DNA of 64,000 bases. Origin: an uncultured virus (IMG/VR IMGVR_UViG_3300030085_003517) (lineage: Duplodnaviria > Heunggongvirae > Uroviricota > Caudoviricetes). Below the pieces are notes generated by a model. The model did no database searches, was not told where the DNA came from, and was given only the letters and a program-made list of their open reading frames with translations. The position numbers and the translations under genes were made by a program. Shown one piece after another: positions 1 through 10,872 of the stretch (position 1 is the stretch's first letter; each line of letters starts with the position of its first letter). Location of the stretch: the IMG/VR virus record IMGVR_UViG_3300030085_003517; one strand, given 5' to 3'.

Positions 1-3000
1 CACCAGATCCATTTCTGATGGAGAAGACTTCATTAGAAGCATCAACAATCAGAGAATCGTTGATAGTTGTCTGACCTTGGACAACCAGTGTGCCGTCAGT
101 TGCAACGTTACCAGAGGAAGAAGCAACAGTAAACTTGTCTGTGCTACCACTTCTAACTGCAAAGTTAGCATCAACATCAACCGTGCCGTTAAACTCGGAG
201 TTGCCTTGGACCAGAAGTGTTTGATCGAATGTAACAGCGTTGCTAACATCCAGAGTATTTGTAATCTCAGTTGCACCGTTGACATCCAAAGTGCCTTCGA
301 TATTGGTATTGCCAGTTACATTGTCAACAAAGAATTTGTCAGTTGTGCCGTTTCTGACAGCGAAGTCTGCATCAACATCTAAGGTGCCATTGAAGTTTAC
401 GTTATCTTCAACCAGCAAGGTGCCTTGAATAGTTGTATCACCAGATGCACCAATAACAGTAAACTTCTCAGTATCTCCAGAGTTTTTCTTACCAACAGAG
501 AATCTTTCACCAGATCCAGTAGNNNNNNNNNNACATTGTGAGATGCGTAAGAAGGATCTGCTTGGTAGGTGTCACCAAAACGACCTCTATATCTGACTCT
601 CAACCAGTTAAGTCTAGATTCAGTCTCTGTTGCACTATCCTTAACTTCAATAGCACCGTTAACGTGTAGTGTGCCATCAATCAGAGCAGATCCTGCAACA
701 TATGCACCACCGTCAAGACGGAGAGCACCATAGTCGTTAGATTGAATCTCCCATTCACCAGTTGTGCCATTCTTAGCAGTGGTGATGTCATTGGTGCTTT
801 CCATGTGGAAGTCACCAGCAAGCGTCATGTTGGCGTTAGCGTCAATATCGTTAGAGAATGTCGCAATGTTTGTAACGCCAAGAGTGCCTGCTATAAGGGT
901 GTTACCAGTCGCAGAAGCAACATTAAACTTATTAGTATTAATATTGAGATCATTTGTAATATCTACAATGCCGTAGAAAGATGCATTACCAGTTGTGGAT
1001 TGCAACTCAACACGAGTTGTGCCACTACCATTATTTAATTGCAGAGTCTTAGAAGCACCTTGGATGACCATGTTGTCATCGAAGCGAGAGGTGCTATGGA
1101 CACGCAGAGTGCTATCAATGTCAACCAAACCACCAATATTGACATCCTGACCAATACCAGCACCACCAGCAATAACCAAATCGCCAGTTGTATTAGAAGT
1201 GGAGTTGGTGTTAGTGGTGAGTTTTACATTACCAGCAATAATACCAGAATCAGTGCCACTAAAAGTTTCACTGCTATTTGTAGCAGCATGAAGGAAACGG
1301 TAACCACCGCCATGACCACCGAGATCAGTGTAGTTAGTATCCCAACCATAGAAACCAAGACGTGCTTCAGTATCGTAATATCTAAACTCAACACCGCGAT
1401 CGAGGTTGTCATCGGAAGAAGGTGCAGTATCGCCACCAAGAGTAATTACAACATCATCTACAGTCATTGTAGTTGAGTTGACAGTTGTTGTTACTCCATC
1501 TACCTGAAGGTCACCCCAGACACGGACGGTGCCAGCAACAGCACGATCATCGCCAGGATCAAGGTGGAGAGTAGAGTCAGTTGTAGCAATATAATTGTCT
1601 TGGAATCTAGCATTTTCAATATGTACTTTACCAGTTGCAGCAGAGGCATCGATGTCAACAACATCTTCTGCAGTGATTGTAACTGTGCTTGTGCCAGATC
1701 CAGCATTTGTAGAGAGGATGCTGAGGTTTCTAGCAGATGCAGAGTCTTGAGTTAACTGGAAGGTAAGGTTACCATCCCCAGTCTTATCCAGTGTCTGAGC
1801 AACTGCTCCGTCAAGAGTAATATCAGGATCAGAAAAATAGGAACGGACATTGACATCAATCTCACCAGCGCCACTGTCCCCTGTATTATTAGCGCCAAAC
1901 AGAAGATTGCCACTCGTATCATTGATTTTGATATAGTTGAGATAATCAAAACCAGTATGCGCTGTAGATGTTGTAAGCTCATTATCTAATTCAAAGTCTT
2001 GCTTTGTATTGCCATCAGTAAATGAAAGCAAGTTGTTTTGAAGTTGTGTATTATCTACACCTGCGGCGGCGATTGTGACATGCCCGTTGCTGTCAACGTC
2101 GAAATCTTCCTGTGCAAAACTAGCCAGTCCCTTCTGCTCCGTTGCCTCATCCGCGAGGTAACGCCATGATCCAGTATCACCACTGGAATGAGTAGGAGCA
2201 CCAGCACCAGCAGCAATCGTTCCAAGTGCTTGGTATACTTTTGATGCATTCTGGATAATATCATATCTAGAATAAGTTGTCCCTGCAGCATAGTTAGGAT
2301 ACTTACTACCTTCAGTAGCAGTAGCAATAGGCACATTGACAGCGTTCGTTAACCTACCATAAGCATCAACTGTAAATTTCGTAGCGTTTACAGTTTCAGT
2401 GCCAAAAGGTTCGCTGTTGCCACCAACACCAGATACAGATGTGAGTGATTCAGTATTATAGTTACCTGCTTGGACAGCAGTAACAATAAGGTCAATAGTT
2501 GGATTGCCAATGATACCACCACCATCATTGATGGCGATTCTACCTGCTGTGCCAGTGATTGTCCTAGTTACAATACTATTAGGAGCATTCCTAGTGAGCA
2601 TCCCTGTAGTGGTAAGAGAAGCAAGGGAATTCAAGTCACCATCATATGGTTGAGCACCTGTACCTTCAATACTAGTGTCTAATCCATATTCCTGAATTGT
2701 GGTTGGGTTGGAAGCATTAATAACCCTACCCTTGGCATCAACTAAAACTTTTGTGTAAGTTGCCGAAGGTACAGACGTGCCATCATAATGAGGAAGCGTT
2801 TGTACTAATGATAACTCAGCATTCAGGTTGAGGTTTGCAGATCCATCAAAAACACCAGAAGCAGTAACATCCGTAGATAATTGGATTTGGCGAGTAGAAG
2901 ATAATCTAGCAGCAGTAGAAGAATTACCGATCAGAGTTGCAGTAATTGTGCCCGCTGCAAAGTTGCCGTCCGCATCTCTCTGGACCAGCGTATTTGCAGT

Positions 3001-3177
3001 GTTTGATGTAGATTCAATAGGTCTCTCATATCTAAGAGAGTTCCATGCGGTCACACCATCACCGATTTTGATGCGACCCGTATCGAGCTCGATCCCCAAT
3101 TCACCCTGAGCAAGGGTAGGGTTAGCGTTTGCCCATTCCTGAGCGCCACCTCTTCTAAGTTGAATTCTATTTGCCAT
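1..3177 (-). CDS. Long tail fibre / receptor-binding protein (Mtd_N-like N-terminus, KFxV..xG beta-repeats); 3' end runs off the window
   Basis: N-terminus MANRIQLRRG..W...NPTLAQGELGIELDTGRIKIGDG is typical of Mtd_N-like fibre anchors. Beyond the 10-N gap (523-532) another frame stays open to position 1 (GSGERFSVGKKNSGDTEKFTVIGASGDTTIQGTL...DKFFVDNVTGNTNIEGTLDV), so the ORF-track stop at 397 is a gap artefact. Confidence 0.85.
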
Positions 3178-3213
3178 TTGTTACGACAACCCGATTAGTT
3201 AATGCTTCTGAGT

Positions 3214-3220
3214 TATTTAT
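3214..3220 (-). promoter_or_regulatory. T4-type late promoter (ATAAATA) upstream of the fibre gene
   Basis: tatttat on + strand, about 37 nt upstream of the ATG at 3177. Confidence 0.65.
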
Positions 3221-3226
3221 GCCATT

Positions 3227-3250
3227 AAAAAGGGGGCATTGTGCCCCCCT
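3227..3250 (-). terminator. Intrinsic terminator
   Basis: Minus strand GGGGGCA-CAA-TGCCCCC followed by TTTTT, immediately after the stop of 3255..3467. Confidence 0.8.
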
Positions 3251-3254
3251 ACTA

Positions 3255-3467
3255 TTATTCAGTTTCTTCGTCTGGAGGATGAGACATAGTTTCTTCCTCT
3301 GGAGCGGCAAGATACTCAAGAGTTTCCAGTGCTCCTTGAAGTTTTAATGCAGTAATCTCATTTTGTTTGATCTGCTCTGCAAGTTTTTTATTTTCTTCAA
3401 TTAGAGCAGTATACCGATTTTTAAAACTCTCAGCCATTTCTTCCTGAGAGATCTTTTCAATTGCCAT
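3255..3467 (-). CDS. Small coiled-coil protein (70 aa), fibre-associated, possible chaperone
   Basis: Heptad pattern, KLQGALETLE motif, adjacent to the fibre gene. Confidence 0.7.
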   Translation of the reverse strand: MAIEKISQEEMAESFKNRYTALIEENKKLAEQIKQNEITALKLQGALETLEYLAAPEEETMSHPPDEETE

Positions 3468-3469
3468 AA

Positions 3470-3697
3470 TTAACCTTTTTGATCTTGGACTAACGTTAGT
3501 AAGAGAGACTTGATCTCACTCATATCAGATTTTAGGTTGGAAACGTCATTTTGTAAAGCTTCCATTTTTTCCTTTTCATCTTTTTCTGCCTGGTAGGCAG
3601 CCATATATTTTTTATATGAAGTGGAGTGGGAAAGATCTATAGCACCAGACTCTAGATCTTTTTGCCACCCCTCATTATCTTTAATTGGTAGTTTCAT
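3470..3697 (-). CDS. Small conserved hypothetical protein (75 aa)
   Basis: Start overlaps the stop of the upstream gene; C-terminal LKSDMSEIKSLL coiled coil. Confidence 0.75.
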   Translation of the reverse strand: MKLPIKDNEGWQKDLESGAIDLSHSTSYKKYMAAYQAEKDEKEKMEALQNDVSNLKSDMSEIKSLLLTLVQDQKG

Positions 3698-6600
3698 TAT
3701 ACTGCAAGAGCAATCGCTCTGAAGTCTTTAATAATGGGGACAAATGCCTGATTAGGAGAAACAAATACCAGTTTGATTTGGAATGCCGTGAAGTCCAAAC
3801 CATTCACTTCATATTCATAATCTTGATACAACTCATTCTCCGTTGTTGCGGGAATAGTTGCATCACTCGTCGGGAAGAATTCGTAACCAATTGTATCAAT
3901 CGATTCCGTGGATCCCGTAGGCACCACTCTATATAGGGGTTTGATGAATGTATTGGGAGGACGGTAACCCGCAAAGATCAGTTTGATAGAAGATGATGGA
4001 TTTGTAAGAGTTGCAACTTTAGTAATATATGCTGCAGTATGATCATCACCAGCAGGCAGAAGTGCGCTATTGGGATTAGAAGGATTGTTGATTCTGTTAG
4101 AAACTAACGTCACTGACAGACGATCCGTATCAATGATGGGAGATACATTTGTCACATCGCTCAGGAGATTCAAATCCATTCTCAAAGATTTAGCACCAGA
4201 CAATTCGGAAGACTCGTTGATTTGTGAGCAAATCAGTTGAGGTGAATTGAAGTAGTTGTCATTATTGAGAAGAATGTCATAGAATTCACCAGTGTTACTG
4301 AAGGAATTCTGACTCAAGTTGGTGCTGTCATTGATAGATGTGCCCGTAATTGTATTGACTCTACCAGTAACATTTGTTTTAGGAAGTAACAGTCTCTGAA
4401 TATTGGGAGACATGACTTCATATTGAATATTCTGAGTAGCAACAATATTACCACCACCAGACTTAATACCCAATCTACCGAGAGATGATGTAGCAACATC
4501 ATAACTATCAATGGTAGGTGTTAGGATTGCCTCGTGAGTTTTATTGATCTCAGGAAGAGGAATGCCATCCAAGTTATAGCAATGGACCATTGTCTCATCT
4601 GCATGAGATACTGCCGTAGTGCCATCAATACCTCTTTCATTAATGGTAATCGTCTTACCATTATTTGTAATTCCACTGTAAGACATAATCTCTTTGTGGA
4701 TCTTAAGGAATCCGAGGTTGCTTGCACTGACCGCAGCACCATTAATAATGGTGTGGAATGCACTTCCATCATTGACCTGAATAGTAGTATCAGTATCAGA
4801 GATAGATGATGTCAGGAATGTGGGGGATACCTCAGACTCAACACCTTCAATAACAACGTTATTGTCAGTATCATTCATTGCATGGTTGTAATGGAAGATT
4901 CTAACCTTTCTGTTGGATGCAGTATAAGTTGGAGTTGTGCTTACATATGCATCATCAACTGCACTACTGCTAGGGGTGGTGTCACCAGAATATGTGATCG
5001 TGGCAACTGTAGCAGTGGTATTTGAATCTCCGCCAGTAATTGTCTCTGTGCCTGGGTTAAACTCAGTTGAGATATAACGTAAGGTCAGAGTATTTGTGTT
5101 AGCATCCCAAGTAATGACTTCTGCACTAGGAGCAGATGCTGAGTTACCACTGATAGTCTCACCAACAGCAAAGTCGGCAGAGGGAGCAGTAACAGTCATG
5201 GTTGCAAGAGTCTTAGAAGAAACGACTCTATTCAGAATGACTCCACCAGTGTTAGATCCAGCAGCCCAGTTGCCTGAGATGTCATTCACAGTCAAAACTG
5301 TGCCACCAACAGTATCTTCAACACCAACAACAGTTGCCTGAGCAAGAGTTGTTTCTTGCTTAATTCTGGCACCAATAGTGAAGGCGAGAGTTGAATTCAT
5401 AACCAGTTGCAATTCTGGTTGGAATGTTTGGACAGCATCAATACCAAGATTGACTTTACCTTTGTTACCTCTATCCAGAGGTGCATTATTCAGAGTGATA
5501 ACAGATGTCTTTGTATTATCGAATACTGCTCTGTTGATCTGGAATTTCAAGTCCTCATACTGGTCTGCTGTCCATGTAGTAGCGTTTTGAGACTTAAACA
5601 GGACACCTGCATATGGTTGCTCGGAGATTGTGCGGTCTCCAGAGATATCCAATTCACCCATTCTAGAGATCCAAACTTGATAGGAGTTGGAGTCAGAGAA
5701 GAGGACAAAGCAGTGCTCAATAGACTGTGGAATATAAACGGGTGCTTGGAATACAAATGTAGTTGCAACAGATCCAGTTTCGGAAATCTGGACATCAGCA
5801 GGGTTGATAGTAACATCAGAGAAAGGAAGAATAGTTGTCGTAGGATAACCATTTTCCATTGTCCTGATCTGCATAGAGATGGGAATATTCTCATCTTTAG
5901 CATTGAAGAATACAGAGACTGATGTAAGGAATACACCACCTTCTTCATCAACCAGGAAAGATTGTGCAAGAGGGTCCCACCAACCAACCTGTCTAGATTC
6001 TGTCCGAGTCGAGCTGACTGTCCGATCTTGACTTACAGTATCTCTAACAATATCTGCATTTCTGATAGCAAGGACGTTTTCTTGGACAGTATTCAAGGTA
6101 CCTGCTGCAGCATATTCTGCCTGTGCGGCAGATGCAACAGCACCAGGAAGACGTGAATCATCTTCGTTAGTTGTAAATCTAATGACTCTAGTGCCAGTAT
6201 TCCAACGAGGATTGGTATCGACACCAGGATCAGGAATAGCAAAGGATCCTCGGTATTGTCCAAGTCTATCTGTGACGATTCTTCTATTTTGGACAACAGC
6301 AGTTGCACCAGATTCACCCTCAAGGATTTCTCCAACTTGGACATTTCCGAAGAATGACCCCTGTGCTTGCTCTGCAAGAGAAATGGTGTCAATATTCAAG
6401 AATGCTGTTGTGGATGAGTATGATGTGGGCATAGCAGCATCATCATACGGATTAAATTTGAAGTAGTCATCAGGTGCAGCAACTCTAAACTTACAACCAC
6501 TAGTAAGACCAGTTACTGTCTCGCCAATAACGAAAGGAGTTGAGTTTGTCCGACTATCTGTAGAGGGATCTTTGATCAATTCAATAACCTTGGGGACAAG

Positions 6601-9600
6601 GAAATCATCAATCTTCTGACCATCAAAGAATGCAAAGAAGGATGTCCGAGGTTTCATACGGACAATATTAACATCAACGTTTCTAGATCTAATCCAAGGA
6701 ATTGCAGTAGAGGAAAGGACACTATCTCCAAGAGATTGGCGATCAATCCTGGGGACAACTCTTGTCCGAATACCAGTCCTAGACAGAGATGTAGTGGTGG
6801 TGGTTGTGACGTTTTGCATAACTCGTCTACCACGACCAGGACGGAAGTTAGCAAACGTATGCTCTCTCCAAGATCCACCTGCAACAGGTCCACTAGTGGA
6901 GCTCCAGTTAGTCCTCCAGGCATTCCACTGAATAGGTGCAAAACCATTCTGATCAACATTCAGTCTTTCCTGAGTTGCCCTAAAGTCACCTTCCATATTG
7001 GTAACTCTAGTTGGCAGACGGTTAGTATCTACCCAGTCATCAGATGCAGGAGTAAGATCGATTCTACCAATATAAGCAAAAACGTTGAATGGGTTAACAT
7101 TCTCAACACGAGATGCATATGGTTGATCAACTAATAATTCCTCTTGATATGGAAGAGTGATCAGAGGACCAGTCTTTTGGTAGTTGGCAGAAAGGGACTC
7201 ATTAAGTACAAGAGGTACGTTTGTAGTGTAGTGAGAAGGTCTGCAGGTGCCCTCAACATAATCGAGAGCAACACCATAATCTTCAAGACCAACAGCAGAT
7301 TTTGCATGATCAGTAAAGTCGTCAACCAGGAAACCATTCTTAAATCTATTCTTACCAGCAGCATCAGTGATCTGGAAGTTGATTGTATCTGCTTCAAGCA
7401 TGTTGATAGCAGTATAGTATTCAACTTGGTCAAGACGCTTTTCAATAGATCCAATATCTCTCATTGTATAACGTCTGTTATCAGACTTGACGATGATTAC
7501 ATCATCTTCTGGATCAAAACCATAGGGTCTGTGTCTGAGCAGAGCAAGTTGCATACCCTCAGCGATGTCATCGGGAGGATTGGGAATCTCTTCAGACTTA
7601 CCTTTAACAACTTGGAATTCACCATTAGGCAGCAAGAATAGTTTGTCAATTCTAGGCAGATACCAGTCGAAGTCACAACGGAAGTCGCTATTCAGTTTAG
7701 GAATGTCAATCAGCGTTGCTGCAGGTGTAGAAGAGGTTGGGAATACTCTTGACTTAAAGTCAAATGTGGAGCAATTTACAAATGCAGGAGATGCAACTGT
7801 GCCAGATCCACTGTAAAGATTCTTACAACCAGGACGGAAATCTAGGAAATCTGCAAGGAATGCTTCACCATAGAAAGGCACATCCTCATAATCAGTATCC
7901 AGATAAGATTGACCACCAAAATAGTCACCAGTTGCAGAATGATTGTAGTAATCAAGGACAACTTTTAACTTACGAATAGGTGTTGCAACACCTTTCTGTC
8001 TAACCAGAGCAGAAGTTGTATATAAGAAGTTGGTTTGACCATCGCGAAGTTGATATCTATCGGTGACAACTTTAGATCCAATAACCACAGACCCATCAGA
8101 GTCATTGATAATTCCACTGATTGCATTGTTGCTGCTATCAAAACCATTTACAATTTCACCAGGGACTAATTGACCAGAAAGATATACGATAGTCAACTTA
8201 AGGGTGCTGGAGTTGAAGTCTACAACACGAGCACGAGCACCAGAAGTTTTGCCAATAACAACAGATCCAGTTGCAAAGAAAGACGGCTCAACTAAGGTGA
8301 CAGAGGGAATTACGGGATCTGCATCATCCAGTGATTCATAGACAGCATGAATATTATATGCATCAATCAGACCCAAAGAAATCTCTTTGTCTTCAATTCT
8401 AGTGCCATACAAGAATGAATGAGTCAGACCATAGTTTTGCTTGTCAAGATTACTCTGAGTTTTGTTAACCTTCAGAATAAACATTCTAGAAGGAGACTTA
8501 GTTTTTCTTGTGGTAAAGTTTTTGGATACTGTGCCAGTAACTTTAACAGTGGTAATGTTTGTCAGATTATCGATCTGCAGAGTAGTCCTCTCAGCAGAAG
8601 TAAATGATGTATAACCAAATGCACCAGTATTGGTGTCATCAATAGGAATCTGAGATCCAACAGGATATGATCCGTTGCTGGATGCCATTACGGTAAACGT
8701 AAAATGGTTATCAGAAAGTGCAGCAAACTGCTCATTTTCTGGCAACGTAATTGAGATGGAGTTAGATGCAACAGTCTGTGAATCGAATGTCCTTCTGACA
8801 GTCATTGATTCGTCAGAAATGCTCTTGACATAAGGTCTAGGCATTCTGCTCATCAGATCTGCATTTTCAAGACCAAACAGTTTTCCTCTATATCTCAGCA
8901 ATGCTGTATATGTGCCAGCAACAGGAGCAACTGCTCCAGGAGTTACATTGACAACCTGAGTTTGATAATTGAAAATTGTGCCTACTCTAGATGCACCAAG
9001 ATTAGTAGGATCTACTAAATCAACAGTTACAAACGCAGTGTCCGAGAAGTAAATTTTATCTCCAGGTCTCAGGTCAGCAGCAAAATTACTATTCAGACCA
9101 GTAATAGTCTCAGATCCACCAGTTGCATCATATGTAAACGATGCACCTTGCACCAGTTTGATATTCTCAAGCATCAAATCAGCAGTAAATTCTACTGCTT
9201 GTGTGATTTCATCCCGAGCAGCAAAAGATCTGGTGTCAGAATACACATAAGTATGGAAGTGTGTAATAGTATCTAAGTTGAGTCCATCAACTGTTACCAT
9301 TTCACCTGTTTGGAAGGTGCCTTCTACCTGATAGACAGGAATATCATTACTAGAAGAAACACTACTAATTACATATGCTCTAGCACCAGAGTTTACACCA
9401 ACAATAATAGATCCCTGTTGGACATCAACATCACTATTGAGCATCAGGATAGTAACCATCTGGACATCAGACAGATGCAACTTATAGATATCATCTGCGT
9501 TACCAAAAGTGCCATCAGGATTGGAAGTAAACTCGCAAGATTTTACACGAGCATAACCAATCAAGTTGCCACTGATGTCTCCAGGAGTTGCAATCGCATT

Positions 9601-10872
9601 ATCATACAACTCAACCGTTTGATAATGATTTGAGATTGTTGCACCAGAGCAATTTGGGAAACCGAAAATATTATTGATGTTTGAGAAGTTGCCCATCTCA
9701 AACGGGATAATAACGTTTTGTGCAGCATCAGTTGATCTTGGTTTGTCAAGATCCAAATAAACTGGACTGAGGTTTTTGATTCTATAACCTCTTACATATG
9801 CAACACCAGGACTGAATTCAACTGCATACATTGCAGAAGACGCACCATTCCCCTGTGCAGTAGTTTCTCCCTGTGTATATACACCATTATTGAATCCATC
9901 ATCCAGATTCTCTCTCATGGTGATCTGGAAATCATTTACAACATAGTTTCCAGACTCTTCATAAGTCCTGAGAGCCATGGTCTTCTCAATTTCATCGTAT
10001 GCACTACGATCGACCAATTTTTCAATCTTATTGCCGTTAATTCTAAGCAATTCGATGAAGTCTTTATCTGCATCATCAGACAATAACTTCTTAGTAAGAT
10101 TTGTGCTTATCTTGAATCGGTGAGCACCAGGAGCAGCATAGTTAGATGTGCCTGCAGCGTTATCATTAAGGGATAAGTCATCTTCTGGGGTGATGATTGA
10201 CTCAAGGATTTCGAGACCGACTCTGTATTTGGGGTTAGTTCCATACTGATCAAGGAGGATATACTGATAAGGTACGTCAACAAAGAAACCTCTGATGAAG
10301 TATACACCTTCTTGGACATATGCAACAGATCCTGTTTGAAGTGCATCAGTAGGAAGCAACTGAGCAAACGGAGATCCAACTTCAATGAGAGTAGTGCCGA
10401 AAGTAATTTCTGTGTCTGTTACTAACTGCTCGTTGTTGGTAAATGTATTCTGACTGTTTTGCTCACCACCAGATTCAATATACTTGACGTAAATCGTAAT
10501 ATAACCACGCTCAGATTCTGCAGCAGGAATACTATATAAAACTTTTGCTTTGACACCAGATGTTAGACCAGTAATGATTTTGTTGTCTAACTGTGACCGA
10601 TAGTCCTCAACGTTTGCACCAAGGAAAGATTCCTGGAGCATGATTGCATTGACATTTAAGTCATAACCCACTTGTCCTGGGATGACCATGGCACCATCCT
10701 TAAACAGGTGCGAACCAACACTTTCAACCTGATTTTGCAAAATACTTTGCATGGTTGTAAGTTCTCTCGCCTGAATCGGATATCCAGGGCGATACAACAC
10801 TCGATAAAAGTTTTTCGCCTTATCGAAATCGTCGTAGTAAGGTGTGACGTTTAGGTTGGTGTTCTGTGCCAT
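3697..10872 (-). CDS. VrlC-like / DUF4815 large virion structural protein (2391 aa)
   Basis: MAQNTNLNVTPYYDDFD..FRPG/YRPG.PIQARELT, APGAHR, RTYEESGNY and KNGFLVDDF motifs typical of this myovirus family; follows gp8. Confidence 0.85.
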   Translation of the reverse strand: MAQNTNLNVTPYYDDFDKAKNFYRVLYRPGYPIQARELTTMQSILQNQVESVGSHLFKDGAMVIPGQVGYDLNVNAIMLQESFLGANVEDYRSQLDNKIITGLTSGVKAKVLYSIPAAESERGYITIYVKYIESGGEQNSQNTFTNNEQLVTDTEITFGTTLIEVGSPFAQLLPTDALQTGSVAYVQEGVYFIRGFFVDVPYQYILLDQYGTNPKYRVGLEILESIITPEDDLSLNDNAAGTSNYAAPGAHRFKISTNLTKKLLSDDADKDFIELLRINGNKIEKLVDRSAYDEIEKTMALRTYEESGNYVVNDFQITMRENLDDGFNNGVYTQGETTAQGNGASSAMYAVEFSPGVAYVRGYRIKNLSPVYLDLDKPRSTDAAQNVIIPFEMGNFSNINNIFGFPNCSGATISNHYQTVELYDNAIATPGDISGNLIGYARVKSCEFTSNPDGTFGNADDIYKLHLSDVQMVTILMLNSDVDVQQGSIIVGVNSGARAYVISSVSSSNDIPVYQVEGTFQTGEMVTVDGLNLDTITHFHTYVYSDTRSFAARDEITQAVEFTADLMLENIKLVQGASFTYDATGGSETITGLNSNFAADLRPGDKIYFSDTAFVTVDLVDPTNLGASRVGTIFNYQTQVVNVTPGAVAPVAGTYTALLRYRGKLFGLENADLMSRMPRPYVKSISDESMTVRRTFDSQTVASNSISITLPENEQFAALSDNHFTFTVMASSNGSYPVGSQIPIDDTNTGAFGYTSFTSAERTTLQIDNLTNITTVKVTGTVSKNFTTRKTKSPSRMFILKVNKTQSNLDKQNYGLTHSFLYGTRIEDKEISLGLIDAYNIHAVYESLDDADPVIPSVTLVEPSFFATGSVVIGKTSGARARVVDFNSSTLKLTIVYLSGQLVPGEIVNGFDSSNNAISGIINDSDGSVVIGSKVVTDRYQLRDGQTNFLYTTSALVRQKGVATPIRKLKVVLDYYNHSATGDYFGGQSYLDTDYEDVPFYGEAFLADFLDFRPGCKNLYSGSGTVASPAFVNCSTFDFKSRVFPTSSTPAATLIDIPKLNSDFRCDFDWYLPRIDKLFLLPNGEFQVVKGKSEEIPNPPDDIAEGMQLALLRHRPYGFDPEDDVIIVKSDNRRYTMRDIGSIEKRLDQVEYYTAINMLEADTINFQITDAAGKNRFKNGFLVDDFTDHAKSAVGLEDYGVALDYVEGTCRPSHYTTNVPLVLNESLSANYQKTGPLITLPYQEELLVDQPYASRVENVNPFNVFAYIGRIDLTPASDDWVDTNRLPTRVTNMEGDFRATQERLNVDQNGFAPIQWNAWRTNWSSTSGPVAGGSWREHTFANFRPGRGRRVMQNVTTTTTTSLSRTGIRTRVVPRIDRQSLGDSVLSSTAIPWIRSRNVDVNIVRMKPRTSFFAFFDGQKIDDFLVPKVIELIKDPSTDSRTNSTPFVIGETVTGLTSGCKFRVAAPDDYFKFNPYDDAAMPTSYSSTTAFLNIDTISLAEQAQGSFFGNVQVGEILEGESGATAVVQNRRIVTDRLGQYRGSFAIPDPGVDTNPRWNTGTRVIRFTTNEDDSRLPGAVASAAQAEYAAAGTLNTVQENVLAIRNADIVRDTVSQDRTVSSTRTESRQVGWWDPLAQSFLVDEEGGVFLTSVSVFFNAKDENIPISMQIRTMENGYPTTTILPFSDVTINPADVQISETGSVATTFVFQAPVYIPQSIEHCFVLFSDSNSYQVWISRMGELDISGDRTISEQPYAGVLFKSQNATTWTADQYEDLKFQINRAVFDNTKTSVITLNNAPLDRGNKGKVNLGIDAVQTFQPELQLVMNSTLAFTIGARIKQETTLAQATVVGVEDTVGGTVLTVNDISGNWAAGSNTGGVILNRVVSSKTLATMTVTAPSADFAVGETISGNSASAPSAEVITWDANTNTLTLRYISTEFNPGTETITGGDSNTTATVATITYSGDTTPSSSAVDDAYVSTTPTYTASNRKVRIFHYNHAMNDTDNNVVIEGVESEVSPTFLTSSISDTDTTIQVNDGSAFHTIINGAAVSASNLGFLKIHKEIMSYSGITNNGKTITINERGIDGTTAVSHADETMVHCYNLDGIPLPEINKTHEAILTPTIDSYDVATSSLGRLGIKSGGGNIVATQNIQYEVMSPNIQRLLLPKTNVTGRVNTITGTSINDSTNLSQNSFSNTGEFYDILLNNDNYFNSPQLICSQINESSELSGAKSLRMDLNLLSDVTNVSPIIDTDRLSVTLVSNRINNPSNPNSALLPAGDDHTAAYITKVATLTNPSSSIKLIFAGYRPPNTFIKPLYRVVPTGSTESIDTIGYEFFPTSDATIPATTENELYQDYEYEVNGLDFTAFQIKLVFVSPNQAFVPIIKDFRAIALAV

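Noticed and set aside
397..532. Apparent frameshift or premature end of the fibre gene
   Set aside because: The frame changes exactly at a 10-N scaffold gap and fibre repeats continue in another frame, so this is an assembly artefact
3030..3177. Mtd_N domain as evidence of a diversity-generating retroelement
   Set aside because: No reverse transcriptase or template/variable repeat pair was seen in the window
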